Shown here piece by piece: positions 51,301-64,000 of a stretch of DNA of 64,000 nt. Numbering within the stretch: position 1 is the stretch's first letter; every line of letters starts with the position of its first letter. The notes under the pieces are model-generated. The model had not been told where the DNA came from. It saw only the letters and a program-made list of their open reading frames with translations, and did no database searches. Source of the stretch: Ruditapes philippinarum (taxonomy: Eukaryota); assembly GCF_026571515.1 (NCBI RefSeq), contig NW_026863104.1:1-64000 (forward strand), written 5' to 3'. A program made the translations under genes and the position numbers.

Positions 51301-51900
51301 GTATGTCAATGTCTGGATATTTGTCAACTAAATATTTGATTTCATCTATTTTAGGATACAGGTAGTGAATGTTTAAATGAAAAAAAGTTAATTCCTTAAA
51401 TCTGTTCTTTCATCAGATTCCATAGAATTTAGATTTTCAGAAATAGGTTTAATATGTTTTGTTATCCTTTCATTTTGATCAGTAACGTTTCATCAAGGTT
51501 TTCATTTAATAAAACTGGTGTGGTCCCATCCATGTTGACCTTGGCCAGGGATTCCATGGTCCCTGATACATTCGGAATCTTTGATGGGGATGTTGATGTC
51601 GCCGATTATTTCCAAACCAGATGTTGGCATTCCGAAAATTTACACGTTCTCTTCTTGTTGTCCGGAATTGTTGGTATTAATCCCAAGGATTTTTCTAATG
51701 CCTGCATTAATTTGCTTTCCCAATATAGCTGAACCTTCTTTATTCAGTTGTACTTCATCATAGTAAAGATTCTGATTTACATTATCATATTTCAAGAATG
51801 CGCTAGTATTATCTAGGAAAAGGAATCCTTTGTTCTTGCAAAGCTTTTCTAGCCGACTATTTGCTTCATCAATATTTTTCTTGATAATAAAATATTGCAA
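48368..51900 (-). mobile_element. Near full-length decayed CR1/L2-clade LINE: ORF1 SGNH-esterase-like end, APE endonuclease, RT, (ACTC)n tail
   Basis: Minus-strand FLDNTSAF..LYYDEVQLNKEG (51640-51900). Endonuclease ILGLQET, LFGDFN, IDHVY and SDHFP (50830-51310). RT GVP*GSVLGPLLFLIYIND and MFADDT (~49480-49590). (GAGT)n at 48368-48455 next to a minus-strand AATAAA. Confidence 0.88.
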
Positions 51901-52653
51901 AGTGAATTATCAACGCGCCGAACACCTGTGACTGTGACATTAATATCACCCACTGACTCGTAAGGTGTGAAGACATCAGGCCTTACTCAGTATAGTTACT
52001 AGTACCACACATATATTATACAACAAACTGTGTTGAGTATCTTCATTTTCTCCAATAAGCAACCGACATCGCTCCAATGTATTTAGAAAATAATTGAAGT
52101 GTGATTGAAAGCAACCTTAACAAAAGTTGGGTTTTAAAACAATAGTATTGAAGAATTCAAATTGCATTTACAAGGTTCGTATATTAAAATGTATAAACAT
52201 GTATGTACAACATTTCACTGCCAAAAAAATATCAGAAAATATTTTTTTTAAAAATCTTCTTTTTTCTTATTATGTTTTTAATAAAAACATGTGATTTTGA
52301 TAAACATAATCAATCTTGGTTTTATAGGAATTGTTATTATTGTTATATGAAGCGATTTATTTTATACTTGACAGGTTTTTCATGATTTCATATGTGATCA
52401 TATATGTTAGACTTAAATAAAGTAAAATTGAAATGACTCCTAAAAATAATATCGGTTATTTGATATGCAGCTAGATGATGTAATTTATAATTGATTCAAA
52501 ACATGCAAGTAATGTTGGTAATTCATAAAAAAAGTTGACATAAAAGCATTAAAAGTATGGGAAAGCTCCATTTTCAATCTCAGATTTCAAAACTTTCTCA
52601 GTCACAAGTAAGAGGTAAATTAGTTCTGCTTAAATGTCTAAAACCACGCCAAC

Positions 52654-55600
52654 TGTCGCGAAGAACGCGATTTTATGATATATACCTCAGCATAGTGCAT
52701 TGGCCTTGACTATTGTATCTGTCGCGCAGACGAGATCCGTCGGGCTGACGAATGTTGCCGCCGGGATAATTAATGACTTTCTTAATTTTCATGATTTGTA
52801 TGTTTTTCCATGCTTTTCTGACTATATATAAGTGAGGACGAATTTATATTTTGGCAGTGTATTCTAGTGGAATAATATGGACATTACTTTAAAGTTAAAG
52901 TGAAATACTGAAATGTTTCAAATGTTAATGTTTCTAAAATAAAGGAAAGTAAAATTGAATTTGATTTTCGTTTTATTTTATGTGGTATAAAATCTCTCCC
53001 ACATAAATTGGCGCCGGAACCCGGGAATTGAAATCGGGAAAAAGGAAGTGCTTACACGTGTGCAATTAAAAATGGCAAATATTTCATATCTAAAAGGTGT
53101 TAGGACTCGGTTCTATAATATCCTGAGTAAAGAAGTAGAAATAGCAGATGTAATTCTAAATGAAAACTTTGATTTCGCAGACAAAGGTGTTTTGATTGAA
53201 AAAGCGGATAAGTGCATAGAACGGATGAAAATATATCGTGAAAAGTTGGAAATTCAGACGATTATATTAGCTAGTGCCCTTGGAGATACCGATGAGGAAA
53301 TACTGACTAGCTTTCTCGAAGAGGATAGTCTACTCACGGACAGATTTACGGATCTAAGCATTGACCTTGCCAATCTGAAAGACAAACTAAAGGCCTTGAA
53401 AGTCACTGAAGACGAAGAAACAAACAGCGGAGAAAGGGTTCGTGCAAAAGAGTTAATGGATTTACAACACGAAATGCAAAATATTGTCGTAAATCAAATA
53501 AAGCAAAATCAGATATCTTTGAAATGAGTGAAAAAAGGGAAGAGATGAACTCGCCAGTTAAGCTTCAAAAAATCGACCTCATTTCCTACAATGGTGATAA
53601 GCTTAAGTGGACAGAGTTTTGGGATGCCTTCAAATGTACGGTACATAAAAATACAAAATTATCAAACATAGAGAAGTTTATCTACTTGAAAATTAAAGTG
53701 TACGGTGAAGCAAAGCGTGCTATTTCAGGTATTTCACTCACCGATGGAAACTATAGTGTTGCTATTAAAACACTAAAGGAACGTTTTGAAAACGTGCAGG
53801 AAATAATTGACCTACATTACAACAAAATTATCAATTTATTTCCGCCAAATACTAAAACCGAGAGTTTACGAGCATTCTTTGATCAAATACAAAAACATCT
53901 GTGATGCCTAGAAGTCCAGGATATATTTGTAGCTATGATACATTCAAAAAAACCACAAGAAATACTCCTTCAGTTAGAGATGCAAAAAGGAAACACTAAA
54001 AAATGGACAGTGTTTCTACTTCACGATGCTCTGGAGACGTATGTAATTGCACGTGAAAGGTCTGAACAAAAGTCTCAGACATCAAAAGACTGTAAGTGCT
54101 AATATTGTGACGGTGATCAGCGGAAACATCAGAAGAAAACGGTTGAGTGTGCATACAAATGAGAGTCTTCAGCATTTGTTGAAGAGTGTTAATATGGCTG
54201 ATACTATACCTACAAGTGAAGAATATTCTAGTGTAGATTTACTCATAGGAAATGATTATTATTTGGATATCATACTCTTACAGAAGATGGAAGTACAGCC
54301 AGGATTGTATCTTCTTGCCTCAAAACTTGGCTGGATTCTAACGGGTCGTACAAACGATGATAACGATGCAAACAGTACAAGTGAATCAAACATGCTTGTA
54401 TTAACTTACGGTACAGAAATAAGAAAAACAAGTGTTTTTACAAGTGTTGACTCCACTGTCCCAACAAAACCAGATTTAGATGACTTCTGGAATCTTGAAA
54501 CTATTGGAATCACAGATAACGCAAAGGAGTATAATGATGAATTAGCTAAACAAAACTTTAACGAAACCTTGACATATCAAAATAAAATGTACCAAGTAAC
54601 ATGGCCTTGGAAAGAAAAAAGCCCAGATCTACCACAAAATCGAGGACTAGCGATGTCAAGACTGAAATCAAATGTGGCAAGACTGAAAAACAAGCCTGAT
54701 GTGCTGAACAAATATAATGAAGTAATCCAAGATCAGTTGAATAAGGGCGTGATTGAAAAGGTCGATAAGAACGTTCAAGACGGACCCATGCATTACATTC
54801 CACACCACGCAGTTGTTACACCACAGAAATCAACAACAAAATTACGTATAGTATATGACGCATCTGCTAAAACGAAACTTGGAAATAAAAGCCTCAATGA
54901 ATGTCTTTATCGTGGCCCTGTGATGCTTCATGATCTTGTTGGATTACTGATGCGATTCAGATTACACCAAGTTGCAGTGGTAGCAGATATCGAAAAGGCA
55001 TTCCTTCAAATCGGATTGCAGCCAAGCGAACGAGACGTTACAAGGTTTCTTTGGATAAAGGATTTTAACAAAGCTTACACAGGAGAGGGAAATATTCAGG
55101 AGTATCGTTTTTGTCGAGTTCCATTCGGCATTATCTCAAGTCCTTTTTTGTTGGGTGCAACTATTGAGTACCATCTAGACTCTTACCATAACAGCATTGC
55201 CGACAAAGTTAAAGATGACATATACGTAGATAATGTCATTACGGGTACCGACAGTTACGAAGAAGCATTTGAACTGTATAGAGAAAGCAAAAGGATGTTT
55301 TAAGAGGCGTCAATGAACTTACGAGAATGGACATCAAATAGCGCAAAGTTGAATGAATTGATACCTGAAGAGGACAAAACAGATAGTTCCATTACCAAAG
55401 TACTGGGGCTTACATGGGATACAATGGTGGACACTCTTTCACTAAATGTGTCATTTGCTTCCATTGATTCACAAAGTCCAACAAAAAGAATTATATTGAA
55501 AAACATCGCTTCCGTGTTTGATCCTTTGGGACTCCTCTGTCCTGTTTTGTTGAAAGGAAAAGTTTTATTACAGTCCATATGGAAAGAAAGGTTGGATTTG

Positions 55601-58600
55601 GATGATCAGATAAAAGATTTCAAAACCCTTGATACCTGGTCATTTGTGAAAGAAGACTTGGAAAAGATAACAAGTTTTAAATTTCCAAGAACCATTGCTA
55701 TGAAGAAATTTGAGCACAATACGGAAAATGTTTTAGTGTGTTTTTGCGATGCATCAGCAAAAGCATATGCTACAGCAGTATATTTACTTCAAAGGAACGA
55801 AACAGAAACGACAGTGCATCTAGTCTTCGCTAAAAGCAGGCTTGCTCCGTTAAAGGAAATCACTATTCCAAGACTAGAATTGATGGCTGTATTAATAGGT
55901 GTTCGGAGTGTGAAATTTGCATGCAATCAACTAAAACTGAATTTGAAACACGTGTATGTATGGACAGATTAGCAGTGCTTTTTGCATTGGGTTAAAACTG
56001 AGAAAAAGTTGCCAGTCTTTGTCAAGAACAGAAATAAAGAAATCAAATCAAACAAAGAAATTAATTTCGAACATGTCGCCGGAGACCAGAATCCGGCGGA
56101 CATTGCGTCTAGAGGGTGTTCTGTTAAGCAAATCTGTGACAGTGAATTGTGGTGGCATGGTCCGCAATGGTTATTGCAACCAGAAAACACTTGGGCGGAT
56201 AGGAATACATGTGAACCAGACCCATGTGTCACGAATGATAATTCAACAGACCTTGTGATGCAAGCATCTGCGATGGATGGACAATCGTCACACCGCCTTT
56301 TGAGATAGATAGTGAAAAATATTCTTCATTCACAAGATTATTGAGAGTGTCTGTTTTAGTGTTAAAATTCTGTCGTAAAATACGAAAATTAGCATGTGAA
56401 CGTGGAAGTATAACGAGTTCTGAATTGAAAAATGAGGAAGAAAAGTGTTTAATGTATGCTCAAAGAAAACATATTGCTTGTGAACTGAATTCTCTGGCAA
56501 AAGGAAAGCGAAATAGTCTACAACAACAATTAGGTCTGTATATTGACGATAGAGGGTTGTTGAGATGTAAAGGCCGTTAAGATAACGCTGGGATTAGTGA
56601 AAGTGCAAAACATCCAGTGTTATTGCCGATAAAAGAGCATCTGACAAATCATATCATTGAAAAAATGAACCGAGAAGTACTACACAATGGTATATCTCAA
56701 ACACTGGCGCGTAATCTAGGCATAGATATTGGATTCCACAGGGTCGTGCAACAGTAAAATCAGTGATGCATAAGTGCAATTTGTGTCGGCGCTTTCACGG
56801 TGGCCCATATCAGATGCCGCCGATGCCTACTTTGCCTACATCTAGCGTGACAGAGTCTAGGCCAATTTTACGAGTTGGATTAGATTATATGGGTCCAATG
56901 TTCGTGAAAACAAATGGAGATCATAAAAGGTGTGGATATGTCTGTTCACCTGTCTCGTAACGAGAGGTGTGCATTAAGAAATTGTGCAAGATCTGTCCAC
57001 GGTGGAATTCTTGCTCTGTCTTCGGATGTTTATCTCGCAAAAAGGTACTCCTACACAGATTATTAGTGACAATGCAGCCCAATTTAAGTTTGCCAGCAGT
57101 CTACTCGATAAAATCTGGTGTAAAACACTTCATAGTGAAGACGTGCAATCCTACGTGTCGAATGCAAGAATCACATGGAGTTTCATTACTGAACTAGCTC
57201 CCTGGATGGGAGGTTTCTACGAAAGACTCGTAGGATTAGTAAAAAGAGTTTTCAGGAAAGCCTTAGGACGACGGCTACTTACACTCATTCAGTTACAAAC
57301 ATTAGTCAAAGAAGCAGAAGCAGCTTTGAACTCAAGACCTCTTGTCTACGTCGGAGACGACGTCAACTCAACTATCACACTGACACCAAGTCATTTTTTT
57401 TACTTTAAACTCAAGTATCGGGATTCCGGAAACTGTTTCAGATGACAAAGACTCTGATTTTACGCCATTTACCAGTTCAACGTTTCGGCTCCTTGACATT
57501 AATTTTGGAAGAAGGGCAAAAAACTTCTGAACATGTTCTGGAATATTTGGCGAAATGACTACTTATTAAGTCTGCAGGAAAGGGCACAGACGAAACTTAG
57601 TACAGGAAGAATTCATGCTAACTGTAAACCAAAATTTAATGTAGGAAATATAGTGCTTCTGAAAGAGAATTTACCGAGGGGATGTTAGAAAATTGGGAAA
57701 ATATTGAATTTAGTTTAAAGCCTGGTCATATAAGAACTGCTATGGTACAAACGGCGTCTGGAAAAGTGCTTGGACGTCCATTAAATTTACTTTTTCCTAT
57801 TGAGACGTCCGTTACTGCAGATGAGCCTTATTCACAGAGTCCAAAAGTTCCTAATGCAGAAGAATCGCAAAATGTAAGTCGAGTACCTTGCACTGCTGCA
57901 CAATTGGCTAAACATAAAATCAAAGTACAGTTCTCGCAGTAATATAAATGTTAACTGTAGTATTTGGCGGAGCAAACGTATATAAAAATCAGTAAGCGGA
58001 GCAAGGTTAAAATAAGTCATTCTCAAAATTCACGTAATTTTTGTGCAGCGGATTAGTAGCTAGATACTCTTTAAGTACACGTGCGTTTTAGTACATGTGT
58101 TTTGCTGTAGATTCTATTAGTAAAGACGCTAAATATTAAATTATATTATAACAGTCTTGAAACATGGCGTATATTTGTGATACTTGTGACAAAAGTTACA
58201 AAACCTTGAGAAACTTGAGACGACATATCAAAGAAAAACACACGCTCATTGAATACTGGGAGTGCACTTCTCGATTCATTCGGAGAAGCTATTTGAGCAA
58301 ACAGCTGATTCTAAAACATAAGTATAGTTCGGATATAACGAGGGAACTAGCTCTTAGTGCCGAAAGAAGCAATACCAACAAAGGCTACTACGAGGACGTT
58401 AGCGCCAACGAAAGCATTTTTGATCTGATAGCAGAAAAGAACAGTAACACAGACAACATTCAGTTTGCCAATTTTGTTAATCAATTCGACGTGACATTGC
58501 TACAAGAGAGTAATGTTGACACGGGGAATAATATGAGTACAACTTGTGACAACGAGATTTGTGCAGTTTCTGACAACGAAATTAGTGTAAAAGTGTGTTC

Positions 58601-59435
58601 AGTGAAATCTCGGTTCAGAAAGATCCAACGAGAAGAATGTACATACTAAATGATTGATAACTTGGATTATTATGATATGGATGTTACTCTTGATGCCAAT
58701 TCAGTTGATCATGACGTAAGTGTCAATGATAACGTCACGATTGGTGATTGCAACATGAGTGATTGTGATGCCAGCACTATAGACTATAAAATAAATGAAC
58801 ATGTAAATGTTGATATTGGGGAAAATGCCATTGATGTTGTCACTAATGATTTTCCGGATGTAAGTGTTAACGATGACGTCATTACTAGTGGTTGTGACGT
58901 AAACGATGACATCGTTAATGGAAATTACTACCAGTATGAAGATATAAGCGACAGTGATGTAGTCTTTATCGATAGTTGTGATGAAAGCGATTCGAGTGAC
59001 GTGATTATTGATTGAGATGAGCAGTCCTCGGCTGTGGTACTATCAGAGTTGACAACCCGTACTCAGACACTAATACTTACTTTTACTAAAAGAACCAGCT
59101 ATATCGGTCAACAGGTGGTGGATGAATCCATATCTGCAGACAATGACTTTTTTGAAATTTAATGCCTTTGGTGGGGAGTGTCGCAAAGTGTTGTCGCCGG
59201 GATAATTAATGACTTTCTTGATTTTCATGATTTGTATGTTTTTTCCATGCTTTTCTGACTATATATAAGTGAGGACGAATTTATATTTTGGCAGTGTATT
59301 CTAGTGGAATGATATGGACATTACTTTACAGTTTAAGTGAAATACTAAAAGTTTCGTTTATGTTTCTAAAATAAAGAAAAGTAAAGTTCAATTTGATTTT
59401 CGTTTTATTTTATGTGGTATAAAATCTCTCCCACA
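52654..59435 (+). mobile_element. BEL/Pao LTR retrotransposon, decayed
   Basis: LTRs 52654-53003 and 59179-59435 (TG..CA; the 3' LTR lacks ~90 bp). PBS tggcgccggaacccggga at 53009 resembles the complement of the tRNA-Phe 3' end; PPT ggtggggag. Gag (WTEFWDAF), RT (YIPHHAV, LRIVYDAS, ADIEKAF, YVDN), RNase H (FCDAS, TIPRLEL, NPAD), integrase (GLDYMGP, SDNA, PWMGGFYERLVG). Zinc knuckles and protease are largely deleted near 54120. Confidence 0.95.
58164..59160 (+). pseudogene. Extra ORF inside the Pao element: C2H2 zinc finger(s) plus a long acidic region, with in-frame stops
   Basis: MAYICDTCDKSYKTLRNLRRHIKEKH is a canonical C2H2 finger, followed by a degenerate second finger. A D/N-rich tract continues in ORF 58650-59015 up to the PPT. 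Confidence 0.7.
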
Positions 59436-59552
59436 TAAATTGGCGCCGGAACCCGGGAATTGAAATCGGGCAAAAGGAAGTGCTTACACGTGTGCAATTA
59501 AAAATGGCAAATATTTCATATCTAAAAGGTGTTAGGACTCGGTTCTATAATA
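59436..59552 (+). mobile_element. Start of a second internal unit (PBS plus gag N-terminus) directly after the 3' LTR, truncated
   Basis: Nearly identical to 53004-53120 (taaattggcgccggaacccggg...MANISYLKGVRTRFYN); homology then stops. Confidence 0.9.
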
Positions 59553-60329
59553 CTGTTTATCACCGATCAACGTCCGAAGCTTCGTTAGGTGCTGTGTTTG
59601 ATTTTACGTGTTATGATTTTTTTAGTCTGAGAGACGTATATTTAGAATTCATTCTCCGAGAACGGGGTCGAAATATTGGGATCTTTTTTATCATGCCAAT
59701 ATACATGTATAACATGTATGGTATATTATCAATTGTAACCATAACCACCAACAAGGGACATTTTCAAACTTTCAATATTTATTCGCAAATCAGTACAAAA
59801 ATCTTTAGCCACACATATATATTCTTCATTTGAGTCTCATCATAAAAACAATTCAATTACATAATTTTACAAAAATAAAAGTTGTTTGTGTACAGAATTA
59901 CTGTAAACATAACCTAATGGAAGGGAGGCAACTTTGCACAAATTTTCAACAAAAGTTACAGAGTATCCTCTCTTCTCATTCCATATTCGTATGCATATTA
60001 CAACTTAAATAGAAACTATTGCTATACTTAAAGAAATTCTGGTACAAGTGATAGAAAAAGCATCGAAACACGAGGCTATCTTATTTGTACGAGGAGGCGT
60101 AGCCCCCCGAGCATTAATCAGGTTGCCGAGTGTTTTGATGATCTTTCTCTTTTGTATCATAGTCAAACATAAAAACACGATCCCTGTTGTCACAATATGA
60201 AACCCCGGGGAAAAGTAACCAATGAACGAACATCTGAATATGATATTTCTGTCGCTTTCTCTTTCTCTTCCGTCACAATAAGTAAACCCCAGCAAAAATG
60301 AGCCAATCAATTGACATGCTCTGGAGTGC

Positions 60330-61580
60330 GGGTGTTAATTGTCATCGGACAGACTAAAAGATTGCTCAATTACATTTTCCACTTTGGCAAATAAATCTTT
60401 ACTAATATACTCATACCTTGGTCAATACAAAATAATATGTTTCTCATCTTCTATTTCAGTTTTACAGATTAGACAAATTCTTTGGTTTAAAGCTAACCTT
60501 TCATATCAATGGGGGCTACCTCACATCGAAACTTTGCAAATGCTATCTGCTCTATTCTTATTTGGCAGGATAGAAGTTATAGATGTTGCTGTTTCATAAC
60601 TAAACTTAAAGGTTCTATAAGTTCTCAACTTATTTCTACCTTGTCCAGAACTACTATTAATTGTATGGAGTGACTCAATCCATTCATCCAAATACTCTTT
60701 CAGATATGAACTGGTTAGCTTTTCCACAAAACATGTTTTTTTGAAAACATTTTAAGAACTAAAAATTCACCACAATTAAAATATGTTTTTCATAAACTTT
60801 CTTTTACTCTAACATACCAGATCTTATAAGTTCTAATCCTAGACCTAAAGAGTTTATGTTTACAGCCAGATCATTAATTTAACAGTTGAATAACACTGGG
60901 GATAAAATGAACCCTTGACGTAATCCCAAATCTATATCGAGACTTGATAACATTCAACATTTTACAATTCAATCCCATCTTAAATTAATTTTCCCATTAT
61001 ATTTAATGGTCAACTGTGTCATACGCCTTTATCTATAAACGCAGTAAAAGTGCAGAGTTTCTTTTTTAAGCTGGTTTCTATAAAAGATGTGATACTTGAT
61101 AGATTGTCCCCAGTACAACGCTTCTTAAAAAAGCCATTTTGCTCATCTACTAGCTTGGAATTATCCTCTAACCACGATGAAAACCTTTCGTTATTAACTG
61201 AACAGTATAGCTTATAAATTGTTGATGCTAGAGTTTTACCCCTTTAATTCAACGGATTCAAAGGATCTGTTGTATTAAATTTTGGGATGGAATTAATAAT
61301 GCGTTTACCCAAATCTTTAGGTATTTGACCAGTTCGAAACATACTTTGAAAAATACATGTAAAAAGGAAACTGCAATATCATTTTTAAAAGCTTCATATG
61401 GTATATTCTCAACACCACAAGCTTTCTGAAATAGTATTGTCTAGCTGTGGGATAAAACTGTAATGATCTATCTGTACATCTCTTTGATGATAAACACTTG
61501 ATCCGTCAGCAGAGGAACCATTCAAAAGATCTTTAAAACTATCTTTCCAATTGTTAAGTTTGTTTGACTCCGAATTTGGT
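60330..61580 (-). mobile_element. Old, internally deleted non-LTR retrotransposon fragment (RTE-X/CR1-like RT)
   Basis: Minus-strand IINSIPKFNTTDP, LASTIYKLYCSV, DEQNGFF, TFTAFID and GRNKLRTYRTFK, with many lesions. Confidence 0.7.
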
Positions 61581-61874
61581 ATGCATGCTTTTTGCATTGA
61601 CTTAAAGTACAGCGCACAAGAATACATCACAGTCATCATTTGATCTGTCAGTGTAAAACTTTTCCATAGTATTTTTATTTTTGATAATTTAACAGTTTTA
61701 TTGATCCTTACGTAACATTGTTACAATCAGTTCAAATGCCACTAAAGTTATATAGGTAAGAAGAAAATGCCTAACTGACAGCTATAAAGTTGACAAGGCG
61801 ATTCATCTGACTAGCGGAGTTCTGGTTGCAATGAATTTTACAATCAGGGGTACTCTCTCTCTATGTGATAAGCA

Positions 61875-62558
61875 TATGCACGGAGCAGGAACTGTTATAG
61901 GAGGGATGGAGTTCTTATGATAACTTGTCAGGCGTTCTTGTGATAACTTTCACAGAGTTCGTCGGAAAACATTTTTGTATACTACAAAAACACGTGCAAA
62001 GGATAAGCGTTATACATTTCATAACAATATGCAACCTTATTGAATAATAAAAAACGCTAAAACGTGCCGTGAGTTAGCGCAAGAAACACACTAGCACTAA
62101 CAAAAGTTATCATAAGGACATCTTCAGAGTTATCAAAAGAACTCAAAGACATTTGAAAAATTGGGTATAAATTTGTTAGCTGCGGCTTTATGTTTGCAGT
62201 TTTGCGTTATAGTTAGGAAATTAGGAATGGCAAGGATGCAGACCAGAAATAAAGGTCAATACGTGGAAAAAAATTTGGAATTTTTTCTCAAGACTACCAG
62301 ATTTTAAGCAAGAGGCGATGAAGAATGACCTATGAGCTAGTTTTTGACACATAATACAAGATGTAAGGCAAGCTTAATCATCAAAGTTTAATTTAGCACC
62401 TAAATTTACTTTTTTAATATGTAAATTACCATTTTGACTAGTGTTTTTGTAGTACATACAAAAGTTTTTCAACGATCTCTGTGACAGTTATCACAAGAAG
62501 AACTCCTGACAAGTTATCATAAGAAATCCATTCTTCGTGTAACAGTTCCTCCCCCATA
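61875..62558. mobile_element. Degenerate MITE with ~115-bp inverted arms
   Basis: 'ggaactgttata..tcttatgataacttgtcagg..tactacaaaaacac' mirrored by 'gtgtttttgtagta..cctgacaagttatcataaga..taacagttcc'. Confidence 0.7.
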
Positions 62559-64000
62559 ATATGTGATACGCATCTTACATGCCTTAAAGTTTAAACCATT
62601 ATTTAAACTTTCTTGCTTGCTTCATTCTAAAGAAGTAAAAATATTTCATTCGTTATTTAGGCATAATGTGCCTTTAAAGCAGTGCAAACTATTTATAATT
62701 ATCAGGTATTTACGTTACGAAATGTCCTGAAAGAAACAAAGTACAAATAGCCAGCCAATCTGTACTCTTTACTTTGATTTGCGTTTTTTTTTTCTCTATT
62801 TCTTAATGATTGATTTAAAAAGAAAGTTTCTTTAAAACCTTTTTTCGTGAAATTAAAACATGATAAAATTCCACATACTTTTACGCGCCGGAAAGGCTTA
62901 CCGTGTAAAGAGAAAAGATTCCCCATATAAAATGTTCTCCTTTTATTCATATGATTTATCGAAAGCAAAAAATCATTGTATTTTTTATTTCATATTTTAT
63001 TTTATTTTATTTCATATTTTATTTTATTTTATATCAAACTATTTTATTTTGGCATAATTTGCAGCGAAATTGACAGCCAATATATTATAAAAGAGCCACT
63101 TTACAAGTCCAGATTATATGACATTCGATACAATGATTGTGTCTTGACTAGTAATTGGTCAGTAAAGTGTACTATAACCTCTTTTTTATAACGTAAATTT
63201 CATTTTACCGATACGACACTAATTTCACCTTCTCCATTATTCGTATTACTGATTTTACAGATTAACAAAAAAGCAAACTATATAATTATTTATGCCATAT
63301 CTTGATTTTTAAGTAGATAATTAATAATTAGCGACGCTTTGTAGCCATTGAACATATGTCATTTCAACAAGTACGGTAGCACAGGCAAAGAGGGTTTTTT
63401 TTCAAATCAGGATAATATTTTGCGTAAAAGATCAATCATGGTAAGTCATTTTATTATTTAACAAGTGTCCACTTTTGTAGGAGTTAAACAGAAGAGCGGA
63501 GATACAGAGACAGAGAAGGTTTATGACCTCATATATTTCGTCATCTTTCCCCTGTCCCCAACAGTTAATTTTCTCAAAGTTGCTATAAATGAATAAAAAT
63601 ATTACAATTTTGATCTCAAAATGATTGTACATGGCCTTATAAATGGAAAATAAAACGTTATAAAAAGGAATAGCTTTTATTTAATTTTGCATGCAAGCAG
63701 TAGACCAAATGTGCAGCGTTGCTTTATCTGGACACGACAAAATATTTAATTATAATTTGCTCATGAGTTTCACTATGACGCTAGTGACCTTTGTCACTTT
63801 ATAACTTTATAAAACCGCACGTTTGTAACGTCACTTTTCATTGGATAATCGTGACGTTTATATAGTTTTATTTACACGGCTGCTGTCGACTTATGAAGAA
63901 ATCTTTCTTTTTTCTTTTAAAAATGATGCTTGCTGTATTATAAATTCGTTATAAAGATTGTTGACATGTTATATGACCATATATAAACGGCTGTTTGCAA

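Noticed and set aside
53009-53026. tRNA gene
   Set aside because: It is only an 18-nt primer-binding site. No cloverleaf, rRNA or other structured RNA gene was recognised in the window.
59480-59833. 117-aa ORF as a gag-fusion gene
   Set aside because: Only the first ~25 codons are gag-derived; the rest is read-through into unrelated sequence with no coding signature.

Overview
AT-rich eukaryotic genomic DNA with spliceosomal introns and dense interspersed repeats. The repeat repertoire (Helentron/HINE-type satellites, Sola/Kolobok MITEs, CR1, Tx1, BEL/Pao) suggests a marine invertebrate, probably a bivalve; this is inference. The ORF track misses the real genes because they are split into short exons, so I assembled them by hand from splice sites and phases. 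(1) The 3' end of a + strand gene for a Cys-rich EB-module protein with a GPI-like tail (2285-2809). (2) A 10-exon + strand orphan gene of ~410 aa, now disrupted (7640-17262). (3) Two intact tandem - strand paralogs (19605-31213 and 37964-44003) encoding type II membrane BRICHOS proproteins. Each ends, after a dibasic KR site, in a 4-Cys, cationic, beta-prone peptide of 36 or 42 aa, the precursor architecture of the polychaete BRICHOS antimicrobial peptides. This is the main candidate novel system. The pair arose by a tandem segmental duplication (about 13.7-33.9 kb versus 34.3-47.2 kb), whose copies provide empty sites for many insertions. Other notable elements: a Sola1-like transposon with an OTU-protease-like domain inside a BRICHOS intron, a near full-length CR1-type LINE, and a BEL/Pao LTR retrotransposon with an extra C2H2 zinc-finger/acidic ORF followed by a truncated second unit sharing the LTR.
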